A stretch of DNA of 64,000 nt from Parcubacteria group bacterium GW2011_GWC1_45_14 (GCA_001001345.1 LCKI01000003.1:4614-68613), one strand, 5' to 3'; positions 17,172 to 27,084 are shown, numbered from the stretch's first letter. Translations and numbers: made by a program. The notes: a model not told the origin generated them from the letters alone.

Positions 17172-18119
17172 CTAGAACTTCATCATCGACTCTTCCCCGA
17201 TTTTTCGGAAAAATCCTTTGCCATAAGTCTTTTCTATCAACCGCGCGACCGGCAGAAGCCTTCCGGAAAAATACGCCTTCGCGAAAAAATCGAAAACCTC
17301 CTCGGCACTCTTGAATTTTTCAGGATTCTTTTCGTGGATATGTTCAAACATGGCCATGGCCTTTTCGTGCTCTTCTTCATAAGTTACCCTGGCAACAGGA
17401 TCAGGATCTCCTCCTTCTCCTTCGCGCATCCAAAGCACCGGAGGAAAAGGCTCATGCGCGCCATATCTCTTCTTCAATATCCAAACTTCATCCCTAAACA
17501 TCTCATGACTCTTCATGCGCGCATGGAAACGATTGGTCAATTCCGTAGTTACCGCCTCGTTTATATACCCGAAATACTGGTCCTTTTCATCCTTAGATGA
17601 GGAAATGGCCAACCCAGTGCGTTCAAATGATACATCTGCATAACCATCGCTCTTCCCACCTTCAAGCACGATCCTAGAAAAACCGAACAAGTGCATCAAC
17701 TCATGGAAGGCAGTTTCCGCCAATTCGGTCTTGGACGTTTTTCTATCCACCATGACAGCGACAACCTGTTTGAATGTAACGCAAACCCCTACCGCTTTTT
17801 CAAGTCGGACTTCCTTAAAAAAACCCGCGTCGACCAGCTTGATAAAATCCACCGAGGCCTTCGATTCTTTTTCCGCATATTTCCCCAAAAGAGCGTTGGC
17901 TTCTTCGACGACCAGTTCCAATATTTTCCGCTGTTCCGGGGTCTTCTTCATCTCGTGCCTTTCAATCATTTTGCTGATCCGCCCAAAATCATCCCGCACC
18001 TCGCGCTTTTCCCAATCAGCCTTGATGTTTTGGTATTTCTTTTCGGAAAGATTATCCGGTTTCCTTACGAAAGTGTTTCCCTCCTGCCCATTGGGCATCT
18101 TCAAAAAATTTCCTTCCAT
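17172..18119 (-). CDS. Hypothetical protein with HEXXH motif (paralog of 13850-15034)
   Basis: AFHELMHLFG, INEAVT, shared FSGRLLP.AR.IEK..GKG.FRK. Confidence 0.7.
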   Translation of the reverse strand: MEGNFLKMPNGQEGNTFVRKPDNLSEKKYQNIKADWEKREVRDDFGRISKMIERHEMKKTPEQRKILELVVEEANALLGKYAEKESKASVDFIKLVDAGFFKEVRLEKAVGVCVTFKQVVAVMVDRKTSKTELAETAFHELMHLFGFSRIVLEGGKSDGYADVSFERTGLAISSSKDEKDQYFGYINEAVTTELTNRFHARMKSHEMFRDEVWILKKRYGAHEPFPPVLWMREGEGGDPDPVARVTYEEEHEKAMAMFEHIHEKNPEKFKSAEEVFDFFAKAYFSGRLLPVARLIEKTYGKGFFRKIGEESMMKF

Positions 18120-18316
18120 ATGACTAATTTTAATTTTAAACTACGTTCTTTTGCCCTTGGTTTCGATTACGAGTTTTTCTGCCTCAACCACCAAGCCTGC
18201 GACCGCAAGGATCAGGATAAGATTTAATGTGTTTATTAATTTATTTATTAATTTAATTAAATCCAGACGACACGATCTGACGGTCGTCTCAGGATGTGGG
18301 TTTTTTATTTTTATAA

Positions 18317-19816
18317 TCAAACTGATTTCAATACCTTCCAAATTTCAACCATGGCTAGGGTGTCGAGGTGGCAATAGTCTTTGAGTGCCTGTATCTTAAC
18401 ATTTTTATCCTCCTCGGAGTATTCTCCTGACACGATACGGTTCCAAGTGTCCGAAGCGGTGCCTCCTTCTTGGATATACAAATTCTTATATGAAAGATGG
18501 GGCACAAGGGCCGGCAAGACATATTTTATCGAAGCGCTTCCCTTGAATGCCGGATGGTCATACATTGTCGTTTTTCCATAAAATGGAATCATCAGGTCAA
18601 CGATGCGATCATTAACTTTTTGCATAAAATCATGATATTCCAGCAAGCGTTGCCCGATTTCCTCATTCCTGCTTTTTTCAAAGCTTTGATTCCAAACGAC
18701 CACACTTCCCTTTTTTGGAAGATGCACTTCCAACGCTTTGGTAAAATGCTCATCAGGGCACCCAGATCCCGTATAAATAAAATCGAAATGTTCCAATTCG
18801 CTCTCATGCGAATCAATCACATGCAGAGAAAACTGGAAAGTAATTTGCTGGTATGGTTTGTATCCGTCATATCTCGGCACGGCAGAAGGGTATGTTTCAT
18901 AATCAAGAAAAGACAATGGATATTTCCAATTTTGCAAAAATTCAACAATGCCTTTTTTATCGATATATTCCTTGCCTGATTGCGCTGTATCAACTTGTCT
19001 TCTTTGATTGTCAGACAACTTGAAATCTTCCGGAACATCTTTGATGCTGAAAATTCCACTATCAACCAATTCTGCTAGCTTTTTCTTGCTGGTGCCGATT
19101 CTTGAAATTTCATGAACCGAATATTCCGGAAGATCAGAATTTGAATACCACGAAGTCGTGCAATGTGAATTTTTACCTTTCAAAATACAGTCGCAGTGTC
19201 CCTTTGGTTCATTTTCATTGGACAGTAATTCATAGGCGCCTTCCATCTTGTTTTTCACATCCTCCAGTTTTTCATTCACCTTGTCGGTCAAATTTTCTAT
19301 CAAAAAGAGCTTTTTTAAATCAAGCTCTCCTCGGCGCACATATTCTTTGTTTAGTCTGATCAAATTCAAAGTTCCCACTTCAACACCCAGATCATTCAAA
19401 ACATTTTTCTGAAAAGCCATATCGATCAAATAGTCTTCGGCTTTCCTTCCGCCATTTTCTTCCGTGCTTGTCGAAGATTTTACTTCATACAAATCATAAA
19501 CGTTTTTTTCAGGATTAAAAACAAATATATCAGCTACGGCATAATATCTTTCCGTGGCAAAAACCGGCTGATAAATCACAGGGGTCCTGTTTTCCATGAG
19601 CTTTTTTGTGTATTCAGCGTCATCACGGGATTCGACGAGCACACCACCAGGGAAAAGACCGCGCGCAAGCTCATCGATCTGATTGCCGGTGTCGATAATA
19701 TTCTGCTCAAAAGAAGAAAGCGCTTTTTGCTTGTACACCTCGGGCCTGTGAATTTTAAGCCAAGCGTTTTTCGCACAATCGAGGCAGATCAGAAAATTTG
19801 TTTTTGATAATTTCAT
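18317..19816 (-). CDS. DUF2779-domain protein (N-terminal PD-(D/E)XK-like region, C-terminal RNase H-like region)
   Basis: LSKTNF...C.K..WL, ADI..LYEVKSST, FLDYET, YQQITFQFSLH, SIKYVLPAL, YCHLDTLAM. Confidence 0.8.
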   Translation of the reverse strand: MKLSKTNFLICLDCAKNAWLKIHRPEVYKQKALSSFEQNIIDTGNQIDELARGLFPGGVLVESRDDAEYTKKLMENRTPVIYQPVFATERYYAVADIFVFNPEKNVYDLYEVKSSTSTEENGGRKAEDYLIDMAFQKNVLNDLGVEVGTLNLIRLNKEYVRRGELDLKKLFLIENLTDKVNEKLEDVKNKMEGAYELLSNENEPKGHCDCILKGKNSHCTTSWYSNSDLPEYSVHEISRIGTSKKKLAELVDSGIFSIKDVPEDFKLSDNQRRQVDTAQSGKEYIDKKGIVEFLQNWKYPLSFLDYETYPSAVPRYDGYKPYQQITFQFSLHVIDSHESELEHFDFIYTGSGCPDEHFTKALEVHLPKKGSVVVWNQSFEKSRNEEIGQRLLEYHDFMQKVNDRIVDLMIPFYGKTTMYDHPAFKGSASIKYVLPALVPHLSYKNLYIQEGGTASDTWNRIVSGEYSEEDKNVKIQALKDYCHLDTLAMVEIWKVLKSV

Positions 19817-19889
19817 ACAATATATTTCTTAACCTTCAGGGATTTGTTTCAGTTATTGATCATCACTAATTATATTTTTCTCTTACAAG

Positions 19890-19921
19890 ACATTCTCACA
19901 TTCTCAAGAATGTGAGAATGT
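19890..19921. repeat. Perfect inverted repeat with 15-bp arms over the stop codon of the ArsR-like gene
   Basis: ACATTCTCACATTCT-CA-AGAATGTGAGAATGT. Confidence 0.85.
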
Positions 19922-20227
19922 CTTCAGGAATTTTTGGATGGCTTGGCCATAGGGGGAAAGCTCGTGGACGACCAGGCGACCCATATTCCTTTTTCTCACG
20001 AGCCCGGCTTGTTCCAGGCGCAAGATATGGGCGGAGATGGTCTTGAGGTTGCACTTCAATATCGCGGAAACGGAATCCACGCTGATTCCCTTCTTCTCCG
20101 CGATCAGGAAAAGGATTTCGATCCTTCTGTGGTTCGCCACACCCTTAAGGTGCCGTTCCATCTGCTTGGAGGATTTTTCCTGGCGGACTTTTTCCTTGGG
20201 ATATTTTTTTCTTTTTATCGCAAGCAT
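19904..20227 (-). CDS. ArsR-like winged-helix transcription regulator
   Basis: KGVANHRRIEILFLI...SV..VS..L......ISAHILRLEQAGLVRK. Confidence 0.8.
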   Translation of the reverse strand: MLAIKRKKYPKEKVRQEKSSKQMERHLKGVANHRRIEILFLIAEKKGISVDSVSAILKCNLKTISAHILRLEQAGLVRKRNMGRLVVHELSPYGQAIQKFLKTFSHS

Positions 20228-20324
20228 AAGTTTATACTCACATTTTACCCCCAAAACCCTCTCCGGACAACATTCTTTAGCCATTGACTTGTGGCTGTGG
20301 GATTATGAGGAGGATATAGAAAAG

Positions 20325-20489
20325 CTATTTCCAATCTTTAATTATGATTGTTTTGCCCTTGGTTTCGATGACAAGTTTCTGACGCTCGCGGATTTTTAGC
20401 GCGTCCACGATTTCAGCGGGGATGTTGATTGAGAGGCTGCGCTTCCCCTGCCTCGTCACCTTGCGCACGAATTTTTCTCCTTTTTTCAT
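20325..20489 (-). CDS. AbrB/MazE/SpoVT-family small DNA-binding protein (54 aa, below the ORF-track cutoff)
   Basis: Manual translation: MKKGEKFVRKVTRQGKRSLSINIPAEIVDALKIRERQKLVIETKGKTIIIKDWK. Confidence 0.8.
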   Translation of the reverse strand: MKKGEKFVRKVTRQGKRSLSINIPAEIVDALKIRERQKLVIETKGKTIIIKDWK

Positions 20490-20540
20490 ACTCTCTTGTC
20501 ATTCCAGCCTTTAAGCCGGAATCTATATTAATTTTTTATT

Positions 20541-20576
20541 ATAGTCATAATTCCACGGCCGTGGAATTATGACTAT
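20541..20576. repeat. Perfect 36-bp palindrome of the ACGGCCGT family
   Basis: ATAGTCATAATTCCACGG|CCGTGGAATTATGACTAT. Confidence 0.9.
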
Positions 20577-20640
20577 GTTGAAAATACAGGTGTTACGTAG
20601 CATGTTACGTAGCGCAAAAAGGTACCTGACCTTTTTCTTT

Positions 20641-21612
20641 TTAGTCATTGATATTCTTTATCAGCAGATCAATCCATGCATCCGTATAAATATAATCCTT
20701 ATGCGGTTCATCATATTGGCAATATTCTACTTTACAACTTTTTGAATTTGGCCTAACATTGTATTTTTTCCACATCTTGGTGTGCCAACTCATTGTCTTT
20801 TTTTGCTTTGTTCTTTCTTTAATAATTTCCAACACACTTGTTGGCTTATGCTTTCCTTGGTTTGCAACTTGAATATTTTTTTCTTTTATCCCTACAATAA
20901 ATTTCTCATATTTTTTCATTTCCTCACTATTGCTTTGATCAAACTTAACATACTCAACAGCAACATCAGATGAATTACGATGATTACCTAGCTTAGGAAT
21001 AAAAAAAGCTTTGAAAGAAAATTTTTGAGAATCTGAAATGTCAGCAGAAAGAGAATTTCTAAAAGTTTTAATAAAATCAATAATTTTTTCATCTTGTTTT
21101 GATTTTGGCAAGGTTTTTCTTTGTTCTGTAAATTGCAATGGTATGAAGAGATTTTCTACAATGGAATGCTTATCTCCAAACTCTTGCACTAGAAGCTCCT
21201 CAAAATTCAATAGCAATGACTGACATTCACCAGAAATCATAGGGTCTATTATTGGCATAAACCTATGTTCAATTTTATTTCTTATCTCATAAAAAAAGGA
21301 AATATTTTTTAAAACTGGACTATTTTCATCCTTATAGAATTCTGTTGCGGAGTCTAATAATCCCCAAGCCTTATTTTCTCCATTAATTTTTTTAAATCTT
21401 TTTGGATTTTTTTCGTCTAGATAAAAATATTTAACCCTTTGTTTTTCAAAAATAGCATGGAACAATGATGTCCAAGCTATGCACATTAAAACCACAAATC
21501 CACCGGCACGAAATGAAGTCTTCGGCTTATTATAAATATCCACACCCAACAAAGCTGACTCCTTTGCTTTTTCTAATAAATTTGAAACTTTTCCGGGTAA
21601 TCCTCTAGACAT
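20641..21612 (-). CDS. DUF3644-domain protein
   Basis: LLEKAKESALLGVDIYNKP...FR..GF..LMCIAWT.LFHA, IRNKIEH (RxxxxH). Confidence 0.75.
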   Translation of the reverse strand: MSRGLPGKVSNLLEKAKESALLGVDIYNKPKTSFRAGGFVVLMCIAWTSLFHAIFEKQRVKYFYLDEKNPKRFKKINGENKAWGLLDSATEFYKDENSPVLKNISFFYEIRNKIEHRFMPIIDPMISGECQSLLLNFEELLVQEFGDKHSIVENLFIPLQFTEQRKTLPKSKQDEKIIDFIKTFRNSLSADISDSQKFSFKAFFIPKLGNHRNSSDVAVEYVKFDQSNSEEMKKYEKFIVGIKEKNIQVANQGKHKPTSVLEIIKERTKQKKTMSWHTKMWKKYNVRPNSKSCKVEYCQYDEPHKDYIYTDAWIDLLIKNIND

Positions 21613-21627
21613 ATATCAATATCCTAT

Positions 21628-22392
21628 TTATATTCTTTTCATTTGACTAATAATAGCGTTTGCAAGGTCACGTTTATCAATCAAAAAGTTATCCCATTTA
21701 TTTGCTTCATTTCTCTTTCTGCCCGCAACAAATCCAAACATTGCCTTTCCATTGTTGGAAATTTTATTTGCAAGTCGCACAAAGTCAGGACCTGGAACAA
21801 ACCAAAGATAATCCCAGAGATCACCTTCCTCCGTGTCAAAATAACAAAAAATTGTGGCCGTTGAGTAGTGATCATTAACACCAGAAGCCTTTGCTGTTGC
21901 AGTGAAAATCTCATCGGGATTATTACCAAAACGACTTTTGATCTGGATATACATCGTTTTCAAACTTCCTTTCTCCTTAACAATCAAATCAATTCCCTCA
22001 TCATCAGAAATTGGTTTATAACACGACAAGGTTGTATCGCCATATAAAATAACAAGCTCTGCAATTCGAGCCTCTGCGATATCTCCTTTTTGTTTCGTGG
22101 AAACATCTTTTGAAATGTTGTGAGTTTTATCTTCTTTTTGCGACTTTGATTTTACAGTTTCCCTGAATTCAGGATTCAATCCAAATGTCGAAGGTGCGGT
22201 CTTAATAAAACGAGATTTTTCTTTCTTTGAATTTGTATCAACAACAAGCTGAGCATTCATAGTGGCTTTTGGTGTTTTTCCTGCTGTTTTTAACCAACCC
22301 CTATCAAGAGCAACTTGTGTAATGTCGTTACTATGCAATGGCTTTCCAATTTCTTTTAATATTTGAAAAGCGATTTCTTTAAAAGAATTCAT
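21628..22392 (-). CDS. HARE-HTH domain fused to a PD-(D/E)XK nuclease-like domain
   Basis: SFKEIAFQILKE.GKPLHS.DIT..AL.RG.L...GKTP.ATM.AQL; KGDIAE...DDEGIDL....YIQIKSR. Confidence 0.75.
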   Translation of the reverse strand: MNSFKEIAFQILKEIGKPLHSNDITQVALDRGWLKTAGKTPKATMNAQLVVDTNSKKEKSRFIKTAPSTFGLNPEFRETVKSKSQKEDKTHNISKDVSTKQKGDIAEARIAELVILYGDTTLSCYKPISDDEGIDLIVKEKGSLKTMYIQIKSRFGNNPDEIFTATAKASGVNDHYSTATIFCYFDTEEGDLWDYLWFVPGPDFVRLANKISNNGKAMFGFVAGRKRNEANKWDNFLIDKRDLANAIISQMKRI

Positions 22393-22404
22393 GCAATTTT
22401 ATTA

Positions 22405-25140
22405 TTAAAAAATATTTTTTCTAATGTTATACAAAGTTTTCAGCGAACCAATTATATTATCCCTATATTCTGAAATACCGAATGCATCAAAAACCACATC
22501 GTCAAATTCTTTCCTATCACTACTTCTTAACTCATCTAAAATTGGCAGAATTTCTCGATTTTTTAAGACAGCAAATTTTTTCTTTATATCGTCTTTTTGT
22601 TTGTCAGATAACAAATCAGAATTTAAAATTTGCAGACTATTTTTCATCCGAGTTGAACTCAAGTCAAGAGCCCCTAATCCTCTTCCAAATCCCAACGCTT
22701 CAATAAAGAAAATTCCTAAAACACTATTTAACAGTGCCTGCGATAAATCGATATCGATATCGATATTTTTAGCAGTAAATCTCGTCAAGCGCTGATTAAC
22801 GAAAGATCTTTTTTCAAGTTTGGCAACGAAAATTCTCTTATCAAAATTCATACTCGTGACTAAATCTGCCATTGTTGAATTATTCATTTCATACCAGAAA
22901 TATCCAGCCCTCTTTAAAGCATCCGGTAATAGCTTATCCCCACTAGTGTTAAATTCATGTTCGAATTTTCTGATCCAATTTAACGCTCCCGTGTGTCCAA
23001 GCTTTTGTAAATTTTCCAACGATTCAGAACAGCAAAATGATTCTGATTCAGCTTGCGTCACAAGCATATTTATATCTCTTGATGATTTTAAAACAGGCTG
23101 TAAATATTCCGCCTCAATGTTATGCCCAGACTCTGGATAAAACATCGCGTCCCATCCTCTTCTTTCTCCCCTGTTAATATCAAACAAATTACTAGCCAAA
23201 ATAAGTTTATTTTCTATATCTTTAAGCCATGAAACATCGCTAAATAATGCACTCCAATTTAACGTAAAGTCAGACAATTCTTTGGTTTTATATTTTCGAA
23301 TAATTACATGTTCACTTGAAAGGCCAGCCAACACATTTTCCAAAACTTCACCGACCTTTTGATTATCAGTTTCCTTCTGCAAATCAAAATCAATTGTTAT
23401 GAAATTAGTAACTTCATCCTCATTGATTTCATTTAATAAATTTCTTCTATTTAAAATTAGAATGGTAGTTACAACATCAGCATTATTAAACCACCTTCCC
23501 TTACCTGAAATTAATATGGACTCGATGTGATAAAACTTATTCAGAGCAACCTTGAAAGCTGAACCCCATTCTGTACCGAGCCAAGAATTAGAAGTGATAA
23601 TTCCCAGCCTGCCGCCTGTCTTTAATATTTTCCATAAATAAAAAGGTATATATGCATATAAATCACTTTTTGCTTTTAGACTTAAATTTTCACCTAAAAG
23701 ATTTTCAAAAATTTCCCTTGTATTTTCTTTTATATTTGGATTCAAAATCTCTAAATCTTCTTGCTGAATGAATGGCAAATTAGAAGCAATGTAATTAACG
23801 CCCTCATACTTTTTAACGACGGGCTTACCTGTGTAGGGGTCTTTGAATTCAATGTCTTGTCCAATGAAAACATTAGTGCAGTCTTCCTTGAAAATTTGAA
23901 TAATCTCTCCAATATTTACTGGCTCTGTTAATGCGATTGTCGCCATTTGAAGAGGAAAAGCAACCTTGTCACTAGAAAAAATAGTTTTTAATGAATCCTT
24001 AGAGCTTATCCCTGATTCTTTTTTAATATCGTACGCACATCTTGCGATGGTTCCAGTTCCACAGCATGGATCATGAAAGGTTAACTCCTTATTTAACATT
24101 ACTAGACCGGTTAACAACCGAGCCAAAAACATTGGTGTTGCATATTGACCGGCAATTTTTCTTTTTGAAGAATAGATAATATCTTGCAAAAGCTCCTGAA
24201 GGAGTTCTTGACCCACGGATGACAATTCAACATTATTTAATAAGACATTCAATTGGATAATCTCCGACCACGATTCATCTGTTAAATAGTTTTCACCGAG
24301 CTGTGGCTGAAAAATATTCCAAAAATTACATTCGGCAGATATTTCTTGAAAAATTATTTCAGCTTCTTCAACGGAAGTTTCATCCTTAATCAATTCTATT
24401 TTTTTGGCTGGATCAAAGAATGCAATAAGAATATGTGCAAATAGAATCTTGTTAATCCAATTTATCAATATTATTTTAGATAGGATTTCCCATTGATTTT
24501 GTTGCGGATAGTCAAGCTTCGCAACTCGCCACCAAATGTTCGCTTCAGCTGAAAATCGCGCATCTTTCGTGGCCGCTTTTTTTAAATTCTCCGCAACGCC
24601 TGTATCATTTCTTAAAATAAAGTCTACTATCTCACTATCCTTAAAGGACTCTATGAATGTTTTTTTCTCGATAAAACCACTTTCAAAAAAAGCATTAAGA
24701 TCCTTTAATATTTCTTGAAGTAACTTTTTCCATTCATCCTTAAATTCATCAACCTTATCTCTTGTTGTAATTGATTTCTTTAAACTATCCCAAAGTTTAG
24801 CTGGTTCAAATTCGTTGTCCTTTTTTACATACAAAACAGCAACTCCCACATTCCAAAGCAAGAAACTATTCAAGCCCAATATATTTGCCTTTAAAATTGC
24901 GTTCTTAATAAACTCTTCATCTGTAACCAACGTGTCAGGCATCTTTAACTCCCAACCCATTAAAATTTCACTATTACGTCCATACAAAAGAACATCAGGA
25001 AATAGTCTCTTTTTTCCAGTATTTATTGTTGTTTCTCCACCAGCCCTGTCAATTGTCTTATTTTTTGCTGAAGAATATGCATTAATCTCCGAAATGAGAT
25101 CAATTGCCCAACTTCTTTCATTGTAAGAAGTTTTTGCCAT
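22405..25140 (-). CDS. Type IIG/Eco57I-like restriction-modification enzyme (N6-adenine MTase with N-terminal nuclease)
   Basis: FPDVLL...GWELK nuclease motif; GQYATP, FHDPCCGTG (motif I), IASNLPF (motif IV). Confidence 0.8.
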   Translation of the reverse strand: MAKTSYNERSWAIDLISEINAYSSAKNKTIDRAGGETTINTGKKRLFPDVLLYGRNSEILMGWELKMPDTLVTDEEFIKNAILKANILGLNSFLLWNVGVAVLYVKKDNEFEPAKLWDSLKKSITTRDKVDEFKDEWKKLLQEILKDLNAFFESGFIEKKTFIESFKDSEIVDFILRNDTGVAENLKKAATKDARFSAEANIWWRVAKLDYPQQNQWEILSKIILINWINKILFAHILIAFFDPAKKIELIKDETSVEEAEIIFQEISAECNFWNIFQPQLGENYLTDESWSEIIQLNVLLNNVELSSVGQELLQELLQDIIYSSKRKIAGQYATPMFLARLLTGLVMLNKELTFHDPCCGTGTIARCAYDIKKESGISSKDSLKTIFSSDKVAFPLQMATIALTEPVNIGEIIQIFKEDCTNVFIGQDIEFKDPYTGKPVVKKYEGVNYIASNLPFIQQEDLEILNPNIKENTREIFENLLGENLSLKAKSDLYAYIPFYLWKILKTGGRLGIITSNSWLGTEWGSAFKVALNKFYHIESILISGKGRWFNNADVVTTILILNRRNLLNEINEDEVTNFITIDFDLQKETDNQKVGEVLENVLAGLSSEHVIIRKYKTKELSDFTLNWSALFSDVSWLKDIENKLILASNLFDINRGERRGWDAMFYPESGHNIEAEYLQPVLKSSRDINMLVTQAESESFCCSESLENLQKLGHTGALNWIRKFEHEFNTSGDKLLPDALKRAGYFWYEMNNSTMADLVTSMNFDKRIFVAKLEKRSFVNQRLTRFTAKNIDIDIDLSQALLNSVLGIFFIEALGFGRGLGALDLSSTRMKNSLQILNSDLLSDKQKDDIKKKFAVLKNREILPILDELRSSDRKEFDDVVFDAFGISEYRDNIIGSLKTLYNIRKNIF

Positions 25141-25146
25141 ACTGAT

Positions 25147-26754
25147 TTACTTTAAACTTAATTTCTCTTTTGCTAATTCAACCCTGTCATTGCATATTTT
25201 TACATAGTCAATCTTTTTATCTTTAAATAAGTGCACGTCGGTATTTTTTTCAATTCCAACAAAATCCCTGCCTTCAACAACAGCGGAAACCAAAAAACTT
25301 CCGCTTCCGCATGTATTGTCCAGAATAATTTCGCCAGGATTGCTAAATGTTCTTATTAGATACTGACCAAGTTCTACTGGTTTTTGAGTAGGATGATATA
25401 CTTTTCCTTCGCTTTCTGCGGTTTTGAAATAAACAACATCAATTGGGTATCTCTCTCCATCGCTCTTGACCTCAACAGGTTTAAAATCACCATAACTTCC
25501 AGTAAGTTGATTTTTCCTAACACCCTTATTATATGCCTCTCCTTTTCTCATTTGTGGATTATAAGTTGGCTGTGTTTTATAAAAAACACAGATATCCTCA
25601 TGCTTTCTTAATGGCTGTTTTTTTGCATTCAAAAAATTTGTTGGTTTTGATTTTTCCCAAATTATTTTATATTTAAATAATTTCTCATTACTTAAAATTA
25701 GTTTTGCTGTAAATAATCCTTGAGCTGTTAATACTATTGCGCCGTTGTCTTTTATTATCCTCTCGTATTGCTCCCATAATTTATCCAAAGGAATAACACT
25801 ATCCCATTTATTTTGCGTAGTTCCATAAGGAAGATCACACAAAATCATATCGATAGATTTGTCTGGGATTTTTTTCATCACATCCAAACAATCTCCCGAA
25901 TGAACTTTATTTACAAAATCTTTTATTTCTTTCCTCAAAACTGGTTTTTTTATATTACTCATCGGAAAGTTATTTGCCTCAAAAGCCTGCTCCTCGAGAC
26001 TTGTCTCATAGGCCGTCTTTTCAGTTTCAAGTAATTCAAACAGAGCTGCCTGCGCTCCCTCAGCAACATAATCAAGGCTTTTATTTTTACCCTTTAGATC
26101 TTCAGAAAAACTATAACTTCCCTCACTAGAAGTAATTATAAAATCAATCACATTTATACCGAGAAGTGATCCTGCCTCTGCAATTTTTTTTATGACTTCA
26201 ATATCTTTCTCACTTGGCAAAGGATCCCCGGAAGGATGATTATGAACCAAAACTATACTTGCTGCCCTGAGTTCAAGTGCTGGTGCAAATATTTCTCTTG
26301 GATGAATAAGACTTTTGTCAAGCAAGCCTATGGTTATTGTTTCTTTTTTTATCAACACATTTCTAGCATTCAAATAGAGACACACGAGATATTCTTTCTT
26401 TTTATCTCTCAAACCATAAGTGAGGGAAAGGACACTATTTGAATTTTTAATAACAATTTCATTCCCCCTTCCTTCTTCATAATATCTTTTAACTAGCGCT
26501 ATCGCAGATGAAATTTGCAAGGCTTTTGCTTTTCCAATTCCCTTAATTTGGAGCAAATCGTCAACGGACGAGCTTAAAAATTTTACACCAAATTTTCTTA
26601 TAATTTGTTCCGACAATTCTTTCACATTCTTTCCCATGATTCCACTACCAAGAAGTATGGCAAGTAGTTCACTTTTCGTAAGTGCATCTGAGCCCTTTTT
26701 TAGAAATTTTTCCCTAGGACGATCAACTCTTGATATATCTTTTATTTTTGCCAT
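25147..26754 (-). CDS. RadC (JAB/MPN) domain fused to a beta-class N4/N6 DNA methyltransferase
   Basis: RPREK...ELLAILL, HPREIF...VHNHPSGD; then GDCLDVM, ILCDLPYGTT, HPTQKPV, ILDNTCGSGS. Confidence 0.88.
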   Translation of the reverse strand: MAKIKDISRVDRPREKFLKKGSDALTKSELLAILLGSGIMGKNVKELSEQIIRKFGVKFLSSSVDDLLQIKGIGKAKALQISSAIALVKRYYEEGRGNEIVIKNSNSVLSLTYGLRDKKKEYLVCLYLNARNVLIKKETITIGLLDKSLIHPREIFAPALELRAASIVLVHNHPSGDPLPSEKDIEVIKKIAEAGSLLGINVIDFIITSSEGSYSFSEDLKGKNKSLDYVAEGAQAALFELLETEKTAYETSLEEQAFEANNFPMSNIKKPVLRKEIKDFVNKVHSGDCLDVMKKIPDKSIDMILCDLPYGTTQNKWDSVIPLDKLWEQYERIIKDNGAIVLTAQGLFTAKLILSNEKLFKYKIIWEKSKPTNFLNAKKQPLRKHEDICVFYKTQPTYNPQMRKGEAYNKGVRKNQLTGSYGDFKPVEVKSDGERYPIDVVYFKTAESEGKVYHPTQKPVELGQYLIRTFSNPGEIILDNTCGSGSFLVSAVVEGRDFVGIEKNTDVHLFKDKKIDYVKICNDRVELAKEKLSLK

Positions 26755-26830
26755 TTTGTTTCAAAAATAAGCGCCTTGTTACGTATACTGGGGGATGTGA
26801 GGCAGGTGGCGGTTTACCGCTTATATGACC

Positions 26831-27040
26831 ATTCTACTCCCCTTTCCCCCCATGGTCCAGCTTTTTAGGGGGTGCGAAATTCCCAATCAAAGCAGGGGTT
26901 CACATTATCAATTATAAATTATCAGTTATAAAATCCCCTTATTTAAGCCGAAATACTGTTATCAGTTACAGGTTATCGGTTATCAAAAATGCCCTGATTT
27001 AAGCAAAAATCAACGGCTCAGGTGGGGTGGGCCGTTGAAA
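26831..27040 (-). repeat. Composite intergenic repeat, copy A (hairpin + GATAAC heptamers + promoter)
   Basis: Shares blocks with 28409-28626, 35726-35826 and 37578-37720. Confidence 0.8.
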
Positions 27041-27084
27041 AAAAGGGCTTAGGAAGGCTTCAAAACCTCCTGGGCGTCGTTTTT

